Translations under genes and position numbers: made by a program
Shown: positions 1-9,074 of the stretch, one piece after another
How the letters are laid out: the number at the start of each line of letters is the position of its first letter
Numbering within the stretch: the stretch's first letter is position 1
The notes under the pieces: model-generated
The model's database searches: none
Seen by the model: the letters and a program-made list of their open reading frames with translations, nothing else
Told to the model about the DNA's origin: nothing
From: an uncultured Victivallis sp.
GTDB lineage: Bacteria; Verrucomicrobiota; Lentisphaeria; Victivallales; GWF2-50-93
NCBI GenBank assembly: GCA_964506605.1
Contig: CAZDNQ010000001.1
Span: forward strand, 1 to 33,855
Length of the DNA: 33,855 bases
Reading direction: 5' to 3'

Positions 1-102
1 TTCATCACGGAAAACATGAAGAAGCAGAAGACTTCCGAGGCCGTACAGGCAATCCTCAGCACCGAGATGAAGAACAGGAAAGCCGAGATTTTCGTCAAAT
101 AA
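1..102 (+). CDS. 3' end of an unidentified CDS entering from the left edge (..FITENMKKQKTSEAVQAILSTEMKNRKAEIFVK*)
   Basis: Frame 1 is open from the window edge to TAA at 100-102. It is too short to identify and lies convergent with the next gene. Confidence 0.3.
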   Translation, partial: FITENMKKQKTSEAVQAILSTEMKNRKAEIFVK

Positions 103-123
103 ATTCTACCCTCCGGGGAAAAT

Positions 124-585
124 TTATATCTTGTGCTGTTTTCTGATCTTCCTGTCCAGCAGGACGACTATCACTATGATGTACAGGTCTATCAGCGGCC
201 AGTACATCGGTGGAACATAATATTCTCCCGGCACATGCCCTGAGGCAAGGAAGTCTATGCCTCCGCTTATCATGTCCTCGGCAAGGTGGAGGACATAGGC
301 GGCGGCGCACCACACAGGCAGGCTTCCATATGGTTTTCTGTAGAGAAATGCGAAAAAGGTGGCGCAGCATGCCAGGAAGACGCATGTGAATATCAACGAA
401 TGCGAGAACGAGTTGTAGCGGTCTGCGAGCGAGAGGTGCGGCGAGAGCAGGTCCGGAAGGACGCCTGCCACGGCAATGGCAATCCATCCTTTCAGCTGGT
501 TGAAATACTCGTATTTTTCAGGATGCCTTATCTCGACCACCTGCTTGACGGCGACAAGCCCCAGGGAATGCGTGAATATCAGCAT
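124..585 (-). CDS. DUF457 / YdjM-YbcI-like membrane-bound putative metal-dependent hydrolase
   Basis: 153-aa ORF with an N-terminal THSLG, then VLPDLLSP, SFSHSL and HLAEDM motifs arranged as in the DUF457 family. It has several hydrophobic helices and overlaps the upstream gene by 7 nt. Confidence 0.65.
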   Translation of the reverse strand: MLIFTHSLGLVAVKQVVEIRHPEKYEYFNQLKGWIAIAVAGVLPDLLSPHLSLADRYNSFSHSLIFTCVFLACCATFFAFLYRKPYGSLPVWCAAAYVLHLAEDMISGGIDFLASGHVPGEYYVPPMYWPLIDLYIIVIVVLLDRKIRKQHKI

Positions 586-1298
586 GTCTCAGACCGCCCC
601 CTACCCGGTTTCCTGTAGGAGAAATCAGATGTGTCATAGATATATCTGAAAAGAAGGAACGCCGATATTCCACCGAACACGTGCCAGAGGAAATGGCTTC
701 CGCAGGTAATATGTTCTCCTATTATCCCGTCAAGCTCCCTGAATGCAAGAGCTGTTGCAAACAAACCCAGGGCTGAACACAGTACGCCAATATATTTCCA
801 TCTGTTGAGGAAGCAGTGTATGAATATCGGAACGAGTATCAGCAGCGCCTGGACCACATACGCGGCCGCAATGAAATACCTGTCCTGCATCACCAGCAAG
901 CCTGCGGCAATCCTCAATATCAGCGCTGGCAGGACAGAGAACAGCAGCACGAGGAACCAGTTCCCGGTGATCCTGAACCACAGGTAGATGCAGGCGGCTA
1001 TAATGGAGAAATAGATCGCCATATAATCCGTGACCAGCCACGCCTCGTTATTTCTCAAGGAATGATATAGGGTTCCTCCGGCGAATCCAACGGCCAATAT
1101 GCAGATCCCTATGACCACCATGGGATATTTCAGCATGTTCATCCTGGTTCTCCACGCCCAGTAGATGACTATGAACAGGAAGATGAAGTTGCTGATGGTG
1201 TTGATCGGCTCGACGGGAAACCTGCCGGCGACCGTCTCAGCGTATATAGGTCCGCCGTCGGTTATTTCAGGAACTGCATCAGCTACAGATTGAAGCAT
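579..1298 (-). CDS. Ceramidase-like / PAQR-like 7-TM putative hydrolase family membrane protein
   Basis: 239-aa ORF with about seven hydrophobic helices. It has EPINTISNFIF near TM1, YHSLRN, and C-terminal GSHFLWHVFGG, which resemble alkaline-ceramidase-family His/Asn motifs. The function is tentative. Confidence 0.55.
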   Translation of the reverse strand: MLQSVADAVPEITDGGPIYAETVAGRFPVEPINTISNFIFLFIVIYWAWRTRMNMLKYPMVVIGICILAVGFAGGTLYHSLRNNEAWLVTDYMAIYFSIIAACIYLWFRITGNWFLVLLFSVLPALILRIAAGLLVMQDRYFIAAAYVVQALLILVPIFIHCFLNRWKYIGVLCSALGLFATALAFRELDGIIGEHITCGSHFLWHVFGGISAFLLFRYIYDTSDFSYRKPGRGRSETC

Positions 1299-1359
1299 GG
1301 GGTATAAGCCCTTTAAGACATATCAGGTAATCCTGGCACATGCCAAGGCACGTACCTGC

Positions 1360-3171
1360 CTACATGGCTTCCGGCACATCGATGGTCAGGGTACGGAGCC
1401 CGTCCGCGAGGATGTCCCTGGTACGGAAGCACAAGGCGATCCTTGCCCTCTTCAGCTCATCGCTTTCGGCATTGAGGACGGAATGCTCCCTGTAGAAACG
1501 GTTGAACGCCTTTGCAAGTTCAAGCAGGTATTCGGATACGACAGAGCAGTCCATCTTCTCCGCTGCTGTCCTGAGGACTTCGGGATATTGCGAGATCCGC
1601 ACGGAAAGCTCCTTCTCCTCGCTCGAAGATGCAAGCACCCAGTTGATATCGGAACCCGAGGCAAGTCCGGCCTCCTTCGCCTTCCTTTCTATGGAATTGA
1701 TCCTCGCGCAGGCATATTGCACATACGGACCTGTATCGCCTTCGAACTTGATCGAAGCCTGCGGATCGAACATGATGGTCGTCTTGGGATTGAATTTCAG
1801 GAGGTTGAACTTGATGGCGCCGATCCCGATTATCTCGGATCTCCTGTCAATGTCCTCTGGAACCCTGCCTTCTCCGGCACGTTCCATGGCTGCGGATTTC
1901 GCAAGCGAGACCATTTCGTCGAAAAGATCATCGGCATCGACGACGGTTCCTTCGCGGCTCTTCATTTTCCCGGTAGGCAGATTGACCATACCGTAAGCCA
2001 GATGATGAAGGTTGGAGGCCCAGCTGAAACCCATCTTCTTCAGAATGGCGAACAGCATCTTGAAGTGGTGTATCTGCTCGTCGCCGACGACCCAGATCTG
2101 GATGTCCGGCGTATAATCCCTGTATTTGAGGAGCGTGGTGCCGAGGTCCTGTGTCATGTAGACGCTTGTGCCGTCGGAACGGAGAAGCACCTTTTTTCCG
2201 AGTTTCACATCATCGAGATCTATGAAGACCGCGCCGTCGTCACGTCTGGCGAAGACGCCCTTCTTCAGGTTCTCCTCGACGAGATCCTTGCCGAGAAGGT
2301 AGGTCTGGCTTTCCAGATAGGTATGTTCGAACTCGATGCCCATGCGCCTGTATGTCTGTGCGAATCCCGCAAAGACCCATTCGTTCATCTTCTTCCAGAG
2401 CGCGACAGTCTCCGCGTCGCCGGCCTCCCATTTCTGGAGCATGTCCTGCGCGGAACGGCCGATCTCGGTATTTAGGAAAAGCTCCTCGTCGGTCTTGTCC
2501 TTAAGGTCAGGGCTGGAATCCTTGAGTTCCTTGAGCTGTTTTCTGAATTCAGAATCGAACTTCACGTAGAAGTCCCCGACCAGGTGATCCCCCTTCTTTC
2601 CAGTGCTCTCCGGGGTGCAGCCGCCGCCGAAACGCTGGTAGGCGATCATCGACTTGCATATGTGTATGCCGCGGTCGTTCACCAGGTTTATCCTGAAAAC
2701 CTCATGCCCCACCCTTTTCATGAGTGAAGCCAGGGACATGCCGATCGTATTGTTGCGGACATGCCCGAGATGCTGGGGCTTGTTGGTGTTCGGCGCGGAA
2801 AACTCCACCAGGACCTTCCTCCTCTTCTCCGCCGGAAATTTGCACGCCTCCATGATCCCGGCGAAGTTTCCGACGGTGTCCCTGTGAAGGGCTCCCCCCT
2901 TGAGTGTGACGTTGACGAATGCCTTTATCTTTTCAGACTTCTCGACATCGGCGTGGGAGGAAAGGAATTCCACCGATTTCTGCGCGATCTCGTCGGGGCT
3001 CTTCCTGAAGATCTTCGCGAAGCGGAAGCAGTTGACGGTTATGTCGCCTTCCATTTCGGCGGGACATGTCTCAGGTACGATGTCCCATTCCCCTGTCTTG
3101 ATTTCCGGATATGCGCCGGCGAGAAAATTCTTAAGGTCGTCAAGGCATCTGTAGTTCATCTTATCTTCCAA
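1360..3171 (-). CDS. argS: Arginine--tRNA ligase
   Basis: 603 aa with a class I HIGH-type motif (PNTNKPQHLGHVRN), a KMSK-like GKMKSREG and an ArgRS-typical C-terminal anticodon-binding region (GPYVQYACARINSI). It has the full length of bacterial ArgS. Confidence 0.96.
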   Translation of the reverse strand: MEDKMNYRCLDDLKNFLAGAYPEIKTGEWDIVPETCPAEMEGDITVNCFRFAKIFRKSPDEIAQKSVEFLSSHADVEKSEKIKAFVNVTLKGGALHRDTVGNFAGIMEACKFPAEKRRKVLVEFSAPNTNKPQHLGHVRNNTIGMSLASLMKRVGHEVFRINLVNDRGIHICKSMIAYQRFGGGCTPESTGKKGDHLVGDFYVKFDSEFRKQLKELKDSSPDLKDKTDEELFLNTEIGRSAQDMLQKWEAGDAETVALWKKMNEWVFAGFAQTYRRMGIEFEHTYLESQTYLLGKDLVEENLKKGVFARRDDGAVFIDLDDVKLGKKVLLRSDGTSVYMTQDLGTTLLKYRDYTPDIQIWVVGDEQIHHFKMLFAILKKMGFSWASNLHHLAYGMVNLPTGKMKSREGTVVDADDLFDEMVSLAKSAAMERAGEGRVPEDIDRRSEIIGIGAIKFNLLKFNPKTTIMFDPQASIKFEGDTGPYVQYACARINSIERKAKEAGLASGSDINWVLASSSEEKELSVRISQYPEVLRTAAEKMDCSVVSEYLLELAKAFNRFYREHSVLNAESDELKRARIALCFRTRDILADGLRTLTIDVPEAM

Positions 3172-3241
3172 TTTATTATTTCGACCGGATTGCAGGATTA
3201 TCTGGATTTCATCGTGACAGTCCTGTCATCCCGTCAGCTTT

Positions 3242-4066
3242 TCAGACTCGGACGAGGAGGATCACCCCTATGAGGAGGACCATGGTTTCCGTAGCGGTTC
3301 CCGACATGCCGATGAGCTTGCCGGTGACGCCGCCGAAATTCGCCTCGCAATAGGCGCTGAACCTGCTGGACAGGTAGTATGCCACGATTATCGCGATGAT
3401 TATGGCGGGCGAATAGCTCCATCCGACGATCATCGAGATGACGCCGGCGAAGAGCCAGGCCAGACGTTCCGCCCTCTTCTCGGTCTCGAAGAAAGGCTGT
3501 GAAGTCCGCAGATCCTTTGCGGTCGCCATCTTCGCGATCACTGCATAGGAGATCGCCATCGTGACTATGAGCCATGATGTACGGTCGTAGTATGCCAGCA
3601 GGGCGACGCAGGCGATCTTGAGGAGGAACACGGAGAAGAAGAACATGAGGCCGAGGGTGGTCTTGCAGACGGAAGGTTCCTTTTCAACGGCGGTTATCAG
3701 CTCAAGCTCCTTGAGGCCCTGGGCTTTCGCCTCGAAGAAGGACACCAGCGCGTTGAAGTTCTTGCCGAGGGTGATTATCTCGAGCCCGATCACGATCAGG
3801 ATGGCGGAGACGGCGGCGGCCGATGGCGGCGCCTGGAACTTCTCAAGTATCCAGATTATGCAGTAAGCACCGTAGCCGAGCAGGGCGCCTACGACCGGGA
3901 AGCAGGCGAGCGTGCGCAGGGAATCCCCCTTGGGCTCCTCGTCCTCATACCAGAGCCCGATGTTCGGGAACGGTATCTCGAGCAGTAGGTTCCATGCCGA
4001 GACAAACGCGCCTATCCAAGTTCTTTCCATAATCAATTTTCCCAAGTGTAAATTTGCTCTGCACAA
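3242..4066 (-). CDS. Polytopic membrane protein, divergent CobS-like (adenosylcobinamide-GDP ribazoletransferase family) fold candidate
   Basis: 274 aa, multi-TM. It has a CFPVVGALLGYG motif like CobS FPLIGLLLG and a C-terminal GGVTGKLIG like CobS GGQTGDTLG. The central HLDGLADxxDG-like motif is not recognisable. Assignment is weak. Confidence 0.4.
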   Translation of the reverse strand: MCRANLHLGKLIMERTWIGAFVSAWNLLLEIPFPNIGLWYEDEEPKGDSLRTLACFPVVGALLGYGAYCIIWILEKFQAPPSAAAVSAILIVIGLEIITLGKNFNALVSFFEAKAQGLKELELITAVEKEPSVCKTTLGLMFFFSVFLLKIACVALLAYYDRTSWLIVTMAISYAVIAKMATAKDLRTSQPFFETEKRAERLAWLFAGVISMIVGWSYSPAIIIAIIVAYYLSSRFSAYCEANFGGVTGKLIGMSGTATETMVLLIGVILLVRV

Positions 4067-4121
4067 GGCATCGTCTCAAATGCAATATTTCTCCGGATGA
4101 GTCCTTGCCGCAGCTGAAACT

Positions 4122-4892
4122 TTATAATGTACCTTCAAGCGGAAGTTTTGCAATCTTCCGATATTCCTTCTCCATGTGGTCATGGACGAAACGGGCGAGC
4201 TCCTTGCGTTTCATGCCTGAAGGCGGTGACAGGGGTTCAAGGATATGGACTTCCGCGTCTATGTGTTTCCTCCCCAGGATCTCCCAGCAGTGCGGGAGCA
4301 GGGTCATGTCTCCATACCAGCAGAGGGTCGGCCTTCCCGGCTCCTGGGTATATTTCACCAGGATCGGCCAGATCCTGAAGTCTCCCGACAGCACGGCCTC
4401 GAAAGGGGTGGATTTGAAGGGAAGCAGCACTGTGCCGTCGGACGTGGTCCCTTCCGGGTAGATGATCAAGTTGATTCCGTGTTCAAGCGTCTCGCGGTAT
4501 TCCTTGAGGGTCCTGTGCGAGCTCTGCTTTGACTCCCTGCGGATCCAGATGGGGCGGCTTATTGCGAGAATCCATCCGAGCACCGGCCAGGACGCTATTT
4601 CGGCCTTCGGTGCAAACCTGATACGGAATATCGACGCATGTATGAGGATGTCCAGATAGCTCTGATGGTTGGATATTATGATTCCGCCGCTTATTCTGCC
4701 AGGATCTCCGAAGACCTTTATCCTCATTCCGATAATCCTGGCATTGCCCGCGCCCCAGAAACGGGCTATGGCGGTCATCCGTCTTATTGCATCCCATCCG
4801 CCGATGCATGAAACAAGTCCGATGCATGTCGTGAACGGAAACCAAATGAAGATGAGCAGGAGCCTTATTATGCGTCTGATATGCGGCATCAT
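4122..4892 (-). CDS. PlsC-family lysolipid O-acyltransferase (OlsA/GlsA-like)
   Basis: 256 aa with an N-terminal TM, the acyltransferase HX4D motif (NHQSYLDILI) and a YPEGTTS motif. Its start overlaps the stop of the upstream N-acyltransferase gene by 4 nt. Confidence 0.85.
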   Translation of the reverse strand: MMPHIRRIIRLLLIFIWFPFTTCIGLVSCIGGWDAIRRMTAIARFWGAGNARIIGMRIKVFGDPGRISGGIIISNHQSYLDILIHASIFRIRFAPKAEIASWPVLGWILAISRPIWIRRESKQSSHRTLKEYRETLEHGINLIIYPEGTTSDGTVLLPFKSTPFEAVLSGDFRIWPILVKYTQEPGRPTLCWYGDMTLLPHCWEILGRKHIDAEVHILEPLSPPSGMKRKELARFVHDHMEKEYRKIAKLPLEGTL

Positions 4893-5701
4893 TCTGATTT
4901 GAAATGCCTGATATAGCGTTCAGGCACCTTCTGCTTGTCGACTATCACAAGAAAATCAATTGTACCGAACTCACAGTCCATCACCGGTTCACCGCAGATC
5001 CTGCAGCCGAGCCTCAGATACCCCTTGAACAGCGGTGGTATGAACTTTTTAAGGGCCGCCTCATCGGACAGGAGCCTCTGTATGTCCTGTTCCGGCGCAT
5101 TTCTGAGCACATATTCCTTTCTTGGCGAGGAGGTCAGGATTTCCGACATGAGGTGTTTCCTGGTGAAATACCTGTAGAGCGCCCAGCCTGCTGCGGGATT
5201 CACTTCCTCCAGGCTGACACAGCCTAGCATGAACCTCAAATCAGCCCTGTTGAGGAGCTCCCCTATTCCGCCCCACATAAGCCCGACGATGGCACCTGTA
5301 CGGTATTTCGGGGAGACGCACGATCTTCCGAGCTCCATGCAGTAGTTGGCGATCTCGCGGAGGCCGGAGATATCGTATTCCCTCGCCGAATAGAAACCTT
5401 TAGCGGTGTTCGCAATTGAGCCGAGGTGTACGCGGTATGTGCCAATCGCCCTGCCCGTCGCCTTTTCAATCACCATCAGATGCAGGCAGAACTCGTCGAA
5501 TTCATCGGAATCAATGCCCTTGCCCTTGCATTCCTCCAGCCCTTTCCCCTGCTCGAGGTTGAAAACTTCATAGCGGAGCCGCAGGGCCTTGTCTACTTCT
5601 TCCTGGGTCTCGGCAAGCTTGACCATGAACTGCCCTGTCTCAAGAAGAACTGACGGGGCAACTATGTGCTTGATTGAAAATTTATTGAGTATCATCTTCA
5701 A
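4889..5701 (-). CDS. GNAT-fold amino-acid N-acyltransferase (OlsB/GlsB-like, hemolysin-like family)
   Basis: 270 aa. LAETQEEVDKALRLRYEVFNLEQGKG..DEFDEFCLHLMV..GTYRV is typical of the OlsB-type N-acyltransferase family. It is translationally coupled to a PlsC-type gene, as in ornithine- and glycine-lipid loci. Confidence 0.8.
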   Translation of the reverse strand: MKMILNKFSIKHIVAPSVLLETGQFMVKLAETQEEVDKALRLRYEVFNLEQGKGLEECKGKGIDSDEFDEFCLHLMVIEKATGRAIGTYRVHLGSIANTAKGFYSAREYDISGLREIANYCMELGRSCVSPKYRTGAIVGLMWGGIGELLNRADLRFMLGCVSLEEVNPAAGWALYRYFTRKHLMSEILTSSPRKEYVLRNAPEQDIQRLLSDEAALKKFIPPLFKGYLRLGCRICGEPVMDCEFGTIDFLVIVDKQKVPERYIRHFKSE

Positions 5702-5747
5702 TAAACCTGTTTTATGGCGGAAGGAATCCCATGTCCCCCGCAGGCCA

Positions 5748-6392
5748 TTAGAAATGCTTCATTATCAAATATACTCCCGCCAGGATTATAATTACAGCCA
5801 GGGTATACCTCAAATAGTGCACAAATTTGTCGGCCTTCTGCCTTATCTTCCAGAACAGGAACCCGGCCAGGGCGAAGACAGCAAATGAACCGCAGAATAT
5901 TCCAGTTACGAATGTAAACGAGTGATTGATGAAATCAGGAATGAGCATGGAGAAGATCGTCATCAGGAAAAGAAAGGCCGCAATGTTCCCGGGATGAAGG
6001 AGGGCGGTCAGGAACGCGGCTACAACGGGTGCGAAATGCCCTATGATCCATCTCGAAGAGGGATTTTTCACATCATCCTTGGAGATTATGCCCATGTGCG
6101 AGACGTAGGTCACGCCGATTATGAACAGTCCGACCATTATCATCGTCAGGCCTGCAGTGACAAGGCCTATCTTCTCGTAGTTCTTCAGGAACTTGTGGAA
6201 GGTCTCGGAGAATATCGTCGAAAAAGCCGCCAGGGAGGCATCGCCGAGAGCTGCCGCCAGGATTGTCGCATATAGCCTTTTTTTCGAGTGGGCCAGCGCG
6301 GCGTCCGCCACCATCGCCCCGGCGACGCCGACAGGGGCGCCGAGTATGATTCCGGCCAGCATGGAGGCGATGAATATTCTTAAAATGTCCAT
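5748..6392 (-). CDS. Six-TM LysE/RhtB-like putative exporter
   Basis: 214 aa with about six hydrophobic helices and a size and layout like LysE-family translocators. The canonical N-terminal PGP motif is replaced by GAPVGVAG, so family assignment is tentative. Confidence 0.45.
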   Translation of the reverse strand: MDILRIFIASMLAGIILGAPVGVAGAMVADAALAHSKKRLYATILAAALGDASLAAFSTIFSETFHKFLKNYEKIGLVTAGLTMIMVGLFIIGVTYVSHMGIISKDDVKNPSSRWIIGHFAPVVAAFLTALLHPGNIAAFLFLMTIFSMLIPDFINHSFTFVTGIFCGSFAVFALAGFLFWKIRQKADKFVHYLRYTLAVIIILAGVYLIMKHF

Positions 6393-6407
6393 TAAAGACG
6401 GATTTCC

Positions 6408-7136
6408 CTATTTCTCATCACCGGCGGGAACGGGCACCATTTCGATCCAGCCCAGATCCGCAGACGATTTCGTGCCAGTATACTGGCTGTTGCATGAGAC
6501 GCTCACATATATTTCCTCGGGGTAATATCCCCAGGCCTTGTTGAAATCCTCGGCGACATTTCTTTCCTCGACAAACCATTCCCCTGTCTTGTCTTCCTTG
6601 TTCCTAAGGGTGAACCATTTTATCTTGAGGCTGCCGCCCAAATATGAACAGTTCCCCTCCGCTCCCTTCGGCGTGTCGGTATCCCACCTGTATGAAACAC
6701 TCTTCTTGGAGAGAAGGCTTCCAGTTCCGACATAAATCCCGATGGCCTGGTCGTCCTTGCCTCCAGGACGTCCGTCACCGCCTTCAGGGAGCTTGTTAGC
6801 CCTCCATTTCCACCTGATGACCGGCGTCTCGCGGATGTTTACCTTTTCGGGGCTGCAGACCACGCTCGCGCTTGACTTGTCGGACTCCATATGAAGAAAG
6901 GTGATGCCGGTTTTTTCATCCTTGGCCAGATAGAATTCAGAAGCGGCGGTCCCGAGCTTGGTCTTCAGCTCCCAACCCTTCGGCAGAACCTTCCCGCCGT
7001 CCTTGACTTCGGAACTGAAGGTCTCCTTCCAAAGAACAATGGGGCTTGAGAACGCGGCGACGGCCAGCAGTGCGGCAGCCGCGGACAGGATACCTGCCCT
7101 ATTTCCCCGCCTCGCGCCTGCTTGCATAATCGTCAT
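6408..7136 (-). CDS. Secreted DUF3047-like protein
   Basis: 242 aa with a signal peptide (AGILSAAAALLAVAAFSSP). WKWRANKLPEGGDGRPGGKDDQAIGIYV resembles the DUF3047 core. The start overlaps the SLT gene by 29-38 nt depending on which Met is used. Confidence 0.55.
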   Translation of the reverse strand: MTIMQAGARRGNRAGILSAAAALLAVAAFSSPIVLWKETFSSEVKDGGKVLPKGWELKTKLGTAASEFYLAKDEKTGITFLHMESDKSSASVVCSPEKVNIRETPVIRWKWRANKLPEGGDGRPGGKDDQAIGIYVGTGSLLSKKSVSYRWDTDTPKGAEGNCSYLGGSLKIKWFTLRNKEDKTGEWFVEERNVAEDFNKAWGYYPEEIYVSVSCNSQYTGTKSSADLGWIEMVPVPAGDEK

Positions 7137-7698
7137 ATCTGTCCATTATGTCCGAAACATATTTCTTCGTTGACTTTATCCTGATATTCGGAATTACTTC
7201 CCCGTCCGGCTTGGCGGGTATCCACGAGCTCATCCCCTTGAACCCCGCATTGTATTCGGAAAGCGCCAGTTCTTCCCGGTGCTCGTATTTCTCCCATCTT
7301 TTCATTGCCCGCGACAGGTACCAGGCGCCAATTTCGATGTTGAGAGGCGGATAGAAAAGAACACCTTCACCTTCGAAACTGATTTTGTTCTCGTCGGCCC
7401 ACTCCTTGGCCGCGGTCGTAGGCCTGATCTGCATAAGCCCCACCTCGCCGCTGTATCCCCTGGCGTTCTGGTTGAACTTGCTCTCCTTCCAGATGACCGC
7501 CTTGAGAAGGCACGAATCGACACAATATTTCCTCGCGGCCTCCCTTATCAATCCATCATACACGTTTTTCCTGAAAAAATAGTCGTATGTCGCCTTGCCG
7601 ACGAGGATCCATGTTATCACGAGGAGACCCGACAGGATGATAAGGAGTATCCCGAACCTCCTGCCCTTATATCGGTTATGTATTATCTTCTGATACAT
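7099..7698 (-). CDS. Membrane-anchored lytic transglycosylase (SLT domain)
   Basis: 199 aa with an N-terminal TM anchor and the SLT catalytic motif (AVIWKESKFNQNARGYSGEVGLMQI, then AEYNAG-like SEYNAG). Confidence 0.85.
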   Translation of the reverse strand: MYQKIIHNRYKGRRFGILLIILSGLLVITWILVGKATYDYFFRKNVYDGLIREAARKYCVDSCLLKAVIWKESKFNQNARGYSGEVGLMQIRPTTAAKEWADENKISFEGEGVLFYPPLNIEIGAWYLSRAMKRWEKYEHREELALSEYNAGFKGMSSWIPAKPDGEVIPNIRIKSTKKYVSDIMDRYDDYASRREAGK

Positions 7699-7808
7699 TT
7701 TCTACGATATACTGCCTTCGCCGCTTTGACCAACCGGCAAGACCAGAAAAAAATGAATTCCACCTCCCCTGTGGTATATTATAGGCAATCTTATCGAAAG
7801 GCCCTCTT

Positions 7809-9071
7809 ATGAAGTCCTATGGAAAACTTCTCGACCACGCCAATTCCCTGGATATCATCGACACACACGAGCATCTGCCCAATGAAAAGGGATGGGCGTC
7901 CCAGAAACATGACATCCTTGTCGAATGGATGCGGCATTATATTTCCGCCGACATCGTTTCCGCAGGCCTCAGCCAGAAGTCCATGGACCGCGATATAAGG
8001 GGCTCCTCCCTTGATGTAGAGGAAAAATGGAAGATCCTCGAACCTTATTGGAATACCGCCAGGAACACTGGTTATGCGCGAGCCCTTGAACACACAGCAA
8101 GGGATATCTACGGGCTGCCCGGGATAAATTCAGGGACAATTGCCGAACTCAACCGGATCTTCAAGGCACGGAGGAAGGATTCCCTGTCCGGAAAAAGCTA
8201 TTACAAGTACATCCTCAGGGAGAAAAGCCGGATAGAGGTTTCGATACTCGACGGCCAGGAGGGGAAGGACAAATGCGATCCGGCGTTTTTCCGGCGCGTA
8301 TACAGGCCGGAGCGCTTCATGAGTCCGACGAACGCGGATGGTATCAGAAGCCTTGCAGAACCTCTTGCAGTCAAGGTCAATTCCCTGGACGGATGGAAGG
8401 AACTGTGCGAAAAGGCCATATGTTCGGAGATTGAAACAGGAGCTGTCGCCCTCAAGTTCGGAGTCGCCTACTGGCGCAGCCTGTATTTCCCCGATGCGGA
8501 CGAAAAGCTGGCGTCGGAGACATTCGGAAAAATACTTGACAGCAGGGAAGTCGACACCGCTCCGTTCCAGAACTTCATGCTTCACCACATAATGGCCGTT
8601 GCCGACAGGAAAGGCCTCGTCTGCCAGATCCATACCGGACTCCAGGAGGGCAACGGCAACTATCTTTCCAATTCAAATCCAGAGCACCTGACCAACCTCT
8701 TCCTTAAATACAGGAACGTCACCTTCGACATATTCCATATCTCCTATCCGTACCAGAATGTCCTGGCCGCGCTGTCGAAGAATTTCCCGAATGTAATGAT
8801 AGACATGTGCTGGGCGCATATAATTTCGCCGTCAGCGTCCGTAAACGCGCTCGTCGAATTCCTCGACTCAGTCCCGGCGTCCAAGATCAGCGGGTTCGGA
8901 GGCGACTACATCCTGATCGACGGAGTCTACGGCCACCAGAAGATCGCCCGGCAGAACATCGCGAAGGCGCTGTCGGCCAAGGTCGACGAAGGAGTGTTCG
9001 ATATCGATTATGCGAAGGAGATCTGCGGGATGCTCCTCTATGGAAATCCCAAGAGGATCTTCAGGCTGTAA
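7809..9071 (+). CDS. Amidohydrolase-superfamily (TIM-barrel metal-dependent hydrolase) protein
   Basis: 420 aa with an N-terminal IIDTHEHLP metal-binding motif, an internal QIHTG and a C-terminal GGD. This matches the amidohydrolase_2-type layout. Confidence 0.7.
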   Translation: MKSYGKLLDHANSLDIIDTHEHLPNEKGWASQKHDILVEWMRHYISADIVSAGLSQKSMDRDIRGSSLDVEEKWKILEPYWNTARNTGYARALEHTARDIYGLPGINSGTIAELNRIFKARRKDSLSGKSYYKYILREKSRIEVSILDGQEGKDKCDPAFFRRVYRPERFMSPTNADGIRSLAEPLAVKVNSLDGWKELCEKAICSEIETGAVALKFGVAYWRSLYFPDADEKLASETFGKILDSREVDTAPFQNFMLHHIMAVADRKGLVCQIHTGLQEGNGNYLSNSNPEHLTNLFLKYRNVTFDIFHISYPYQNVLAALSKNFPNVMIDMCWAHIISPSASVNALVEFLDSVPASKISGFGGDYILIDGVYGHQKIARQNIAKALSAKVDEGVFDIDYAKEICGMLLYGNPKRIFRL

Positions 9072-9074
9072 ATC

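Noticed and set aside
95-487. 130-aa minus-strand ORF in an alternative frame over the DUF457 gene
   Set aside because: Its composition is Arg/Pro/Cys-rich with no motif. The overlapping frame at 124-585 carries the DUF457 motifs and hydrophobic helices.
1334-1350. TGGCAC hexamer (TGGCACATGCCAAGGCA) as a plus-strand sigma54 promoter
   Set aside because: The -12 position reads AAGGC rather than TTGC. It points into the antisense of argS, and no ORF lies downstream on that strand.
1297-2475. 392-aa plus-strand ORF antisense to argS
   Set aside because: argS on the minus strand is unambiguous (HIGH/KMSK motifs, full length). The antisense product is Gly/Arg/Asp/Leu-rich with no motif.
7099-7136. 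The 38-nt overlap between the SLT and DUF3047-like genes as evidence of a frameshift or pseudogene
   Set aside because: Both ORFs are full length with intact motifs and a signal peptide. The overlap shrinks with an internal Met and is most simply a start-site ambiguity.
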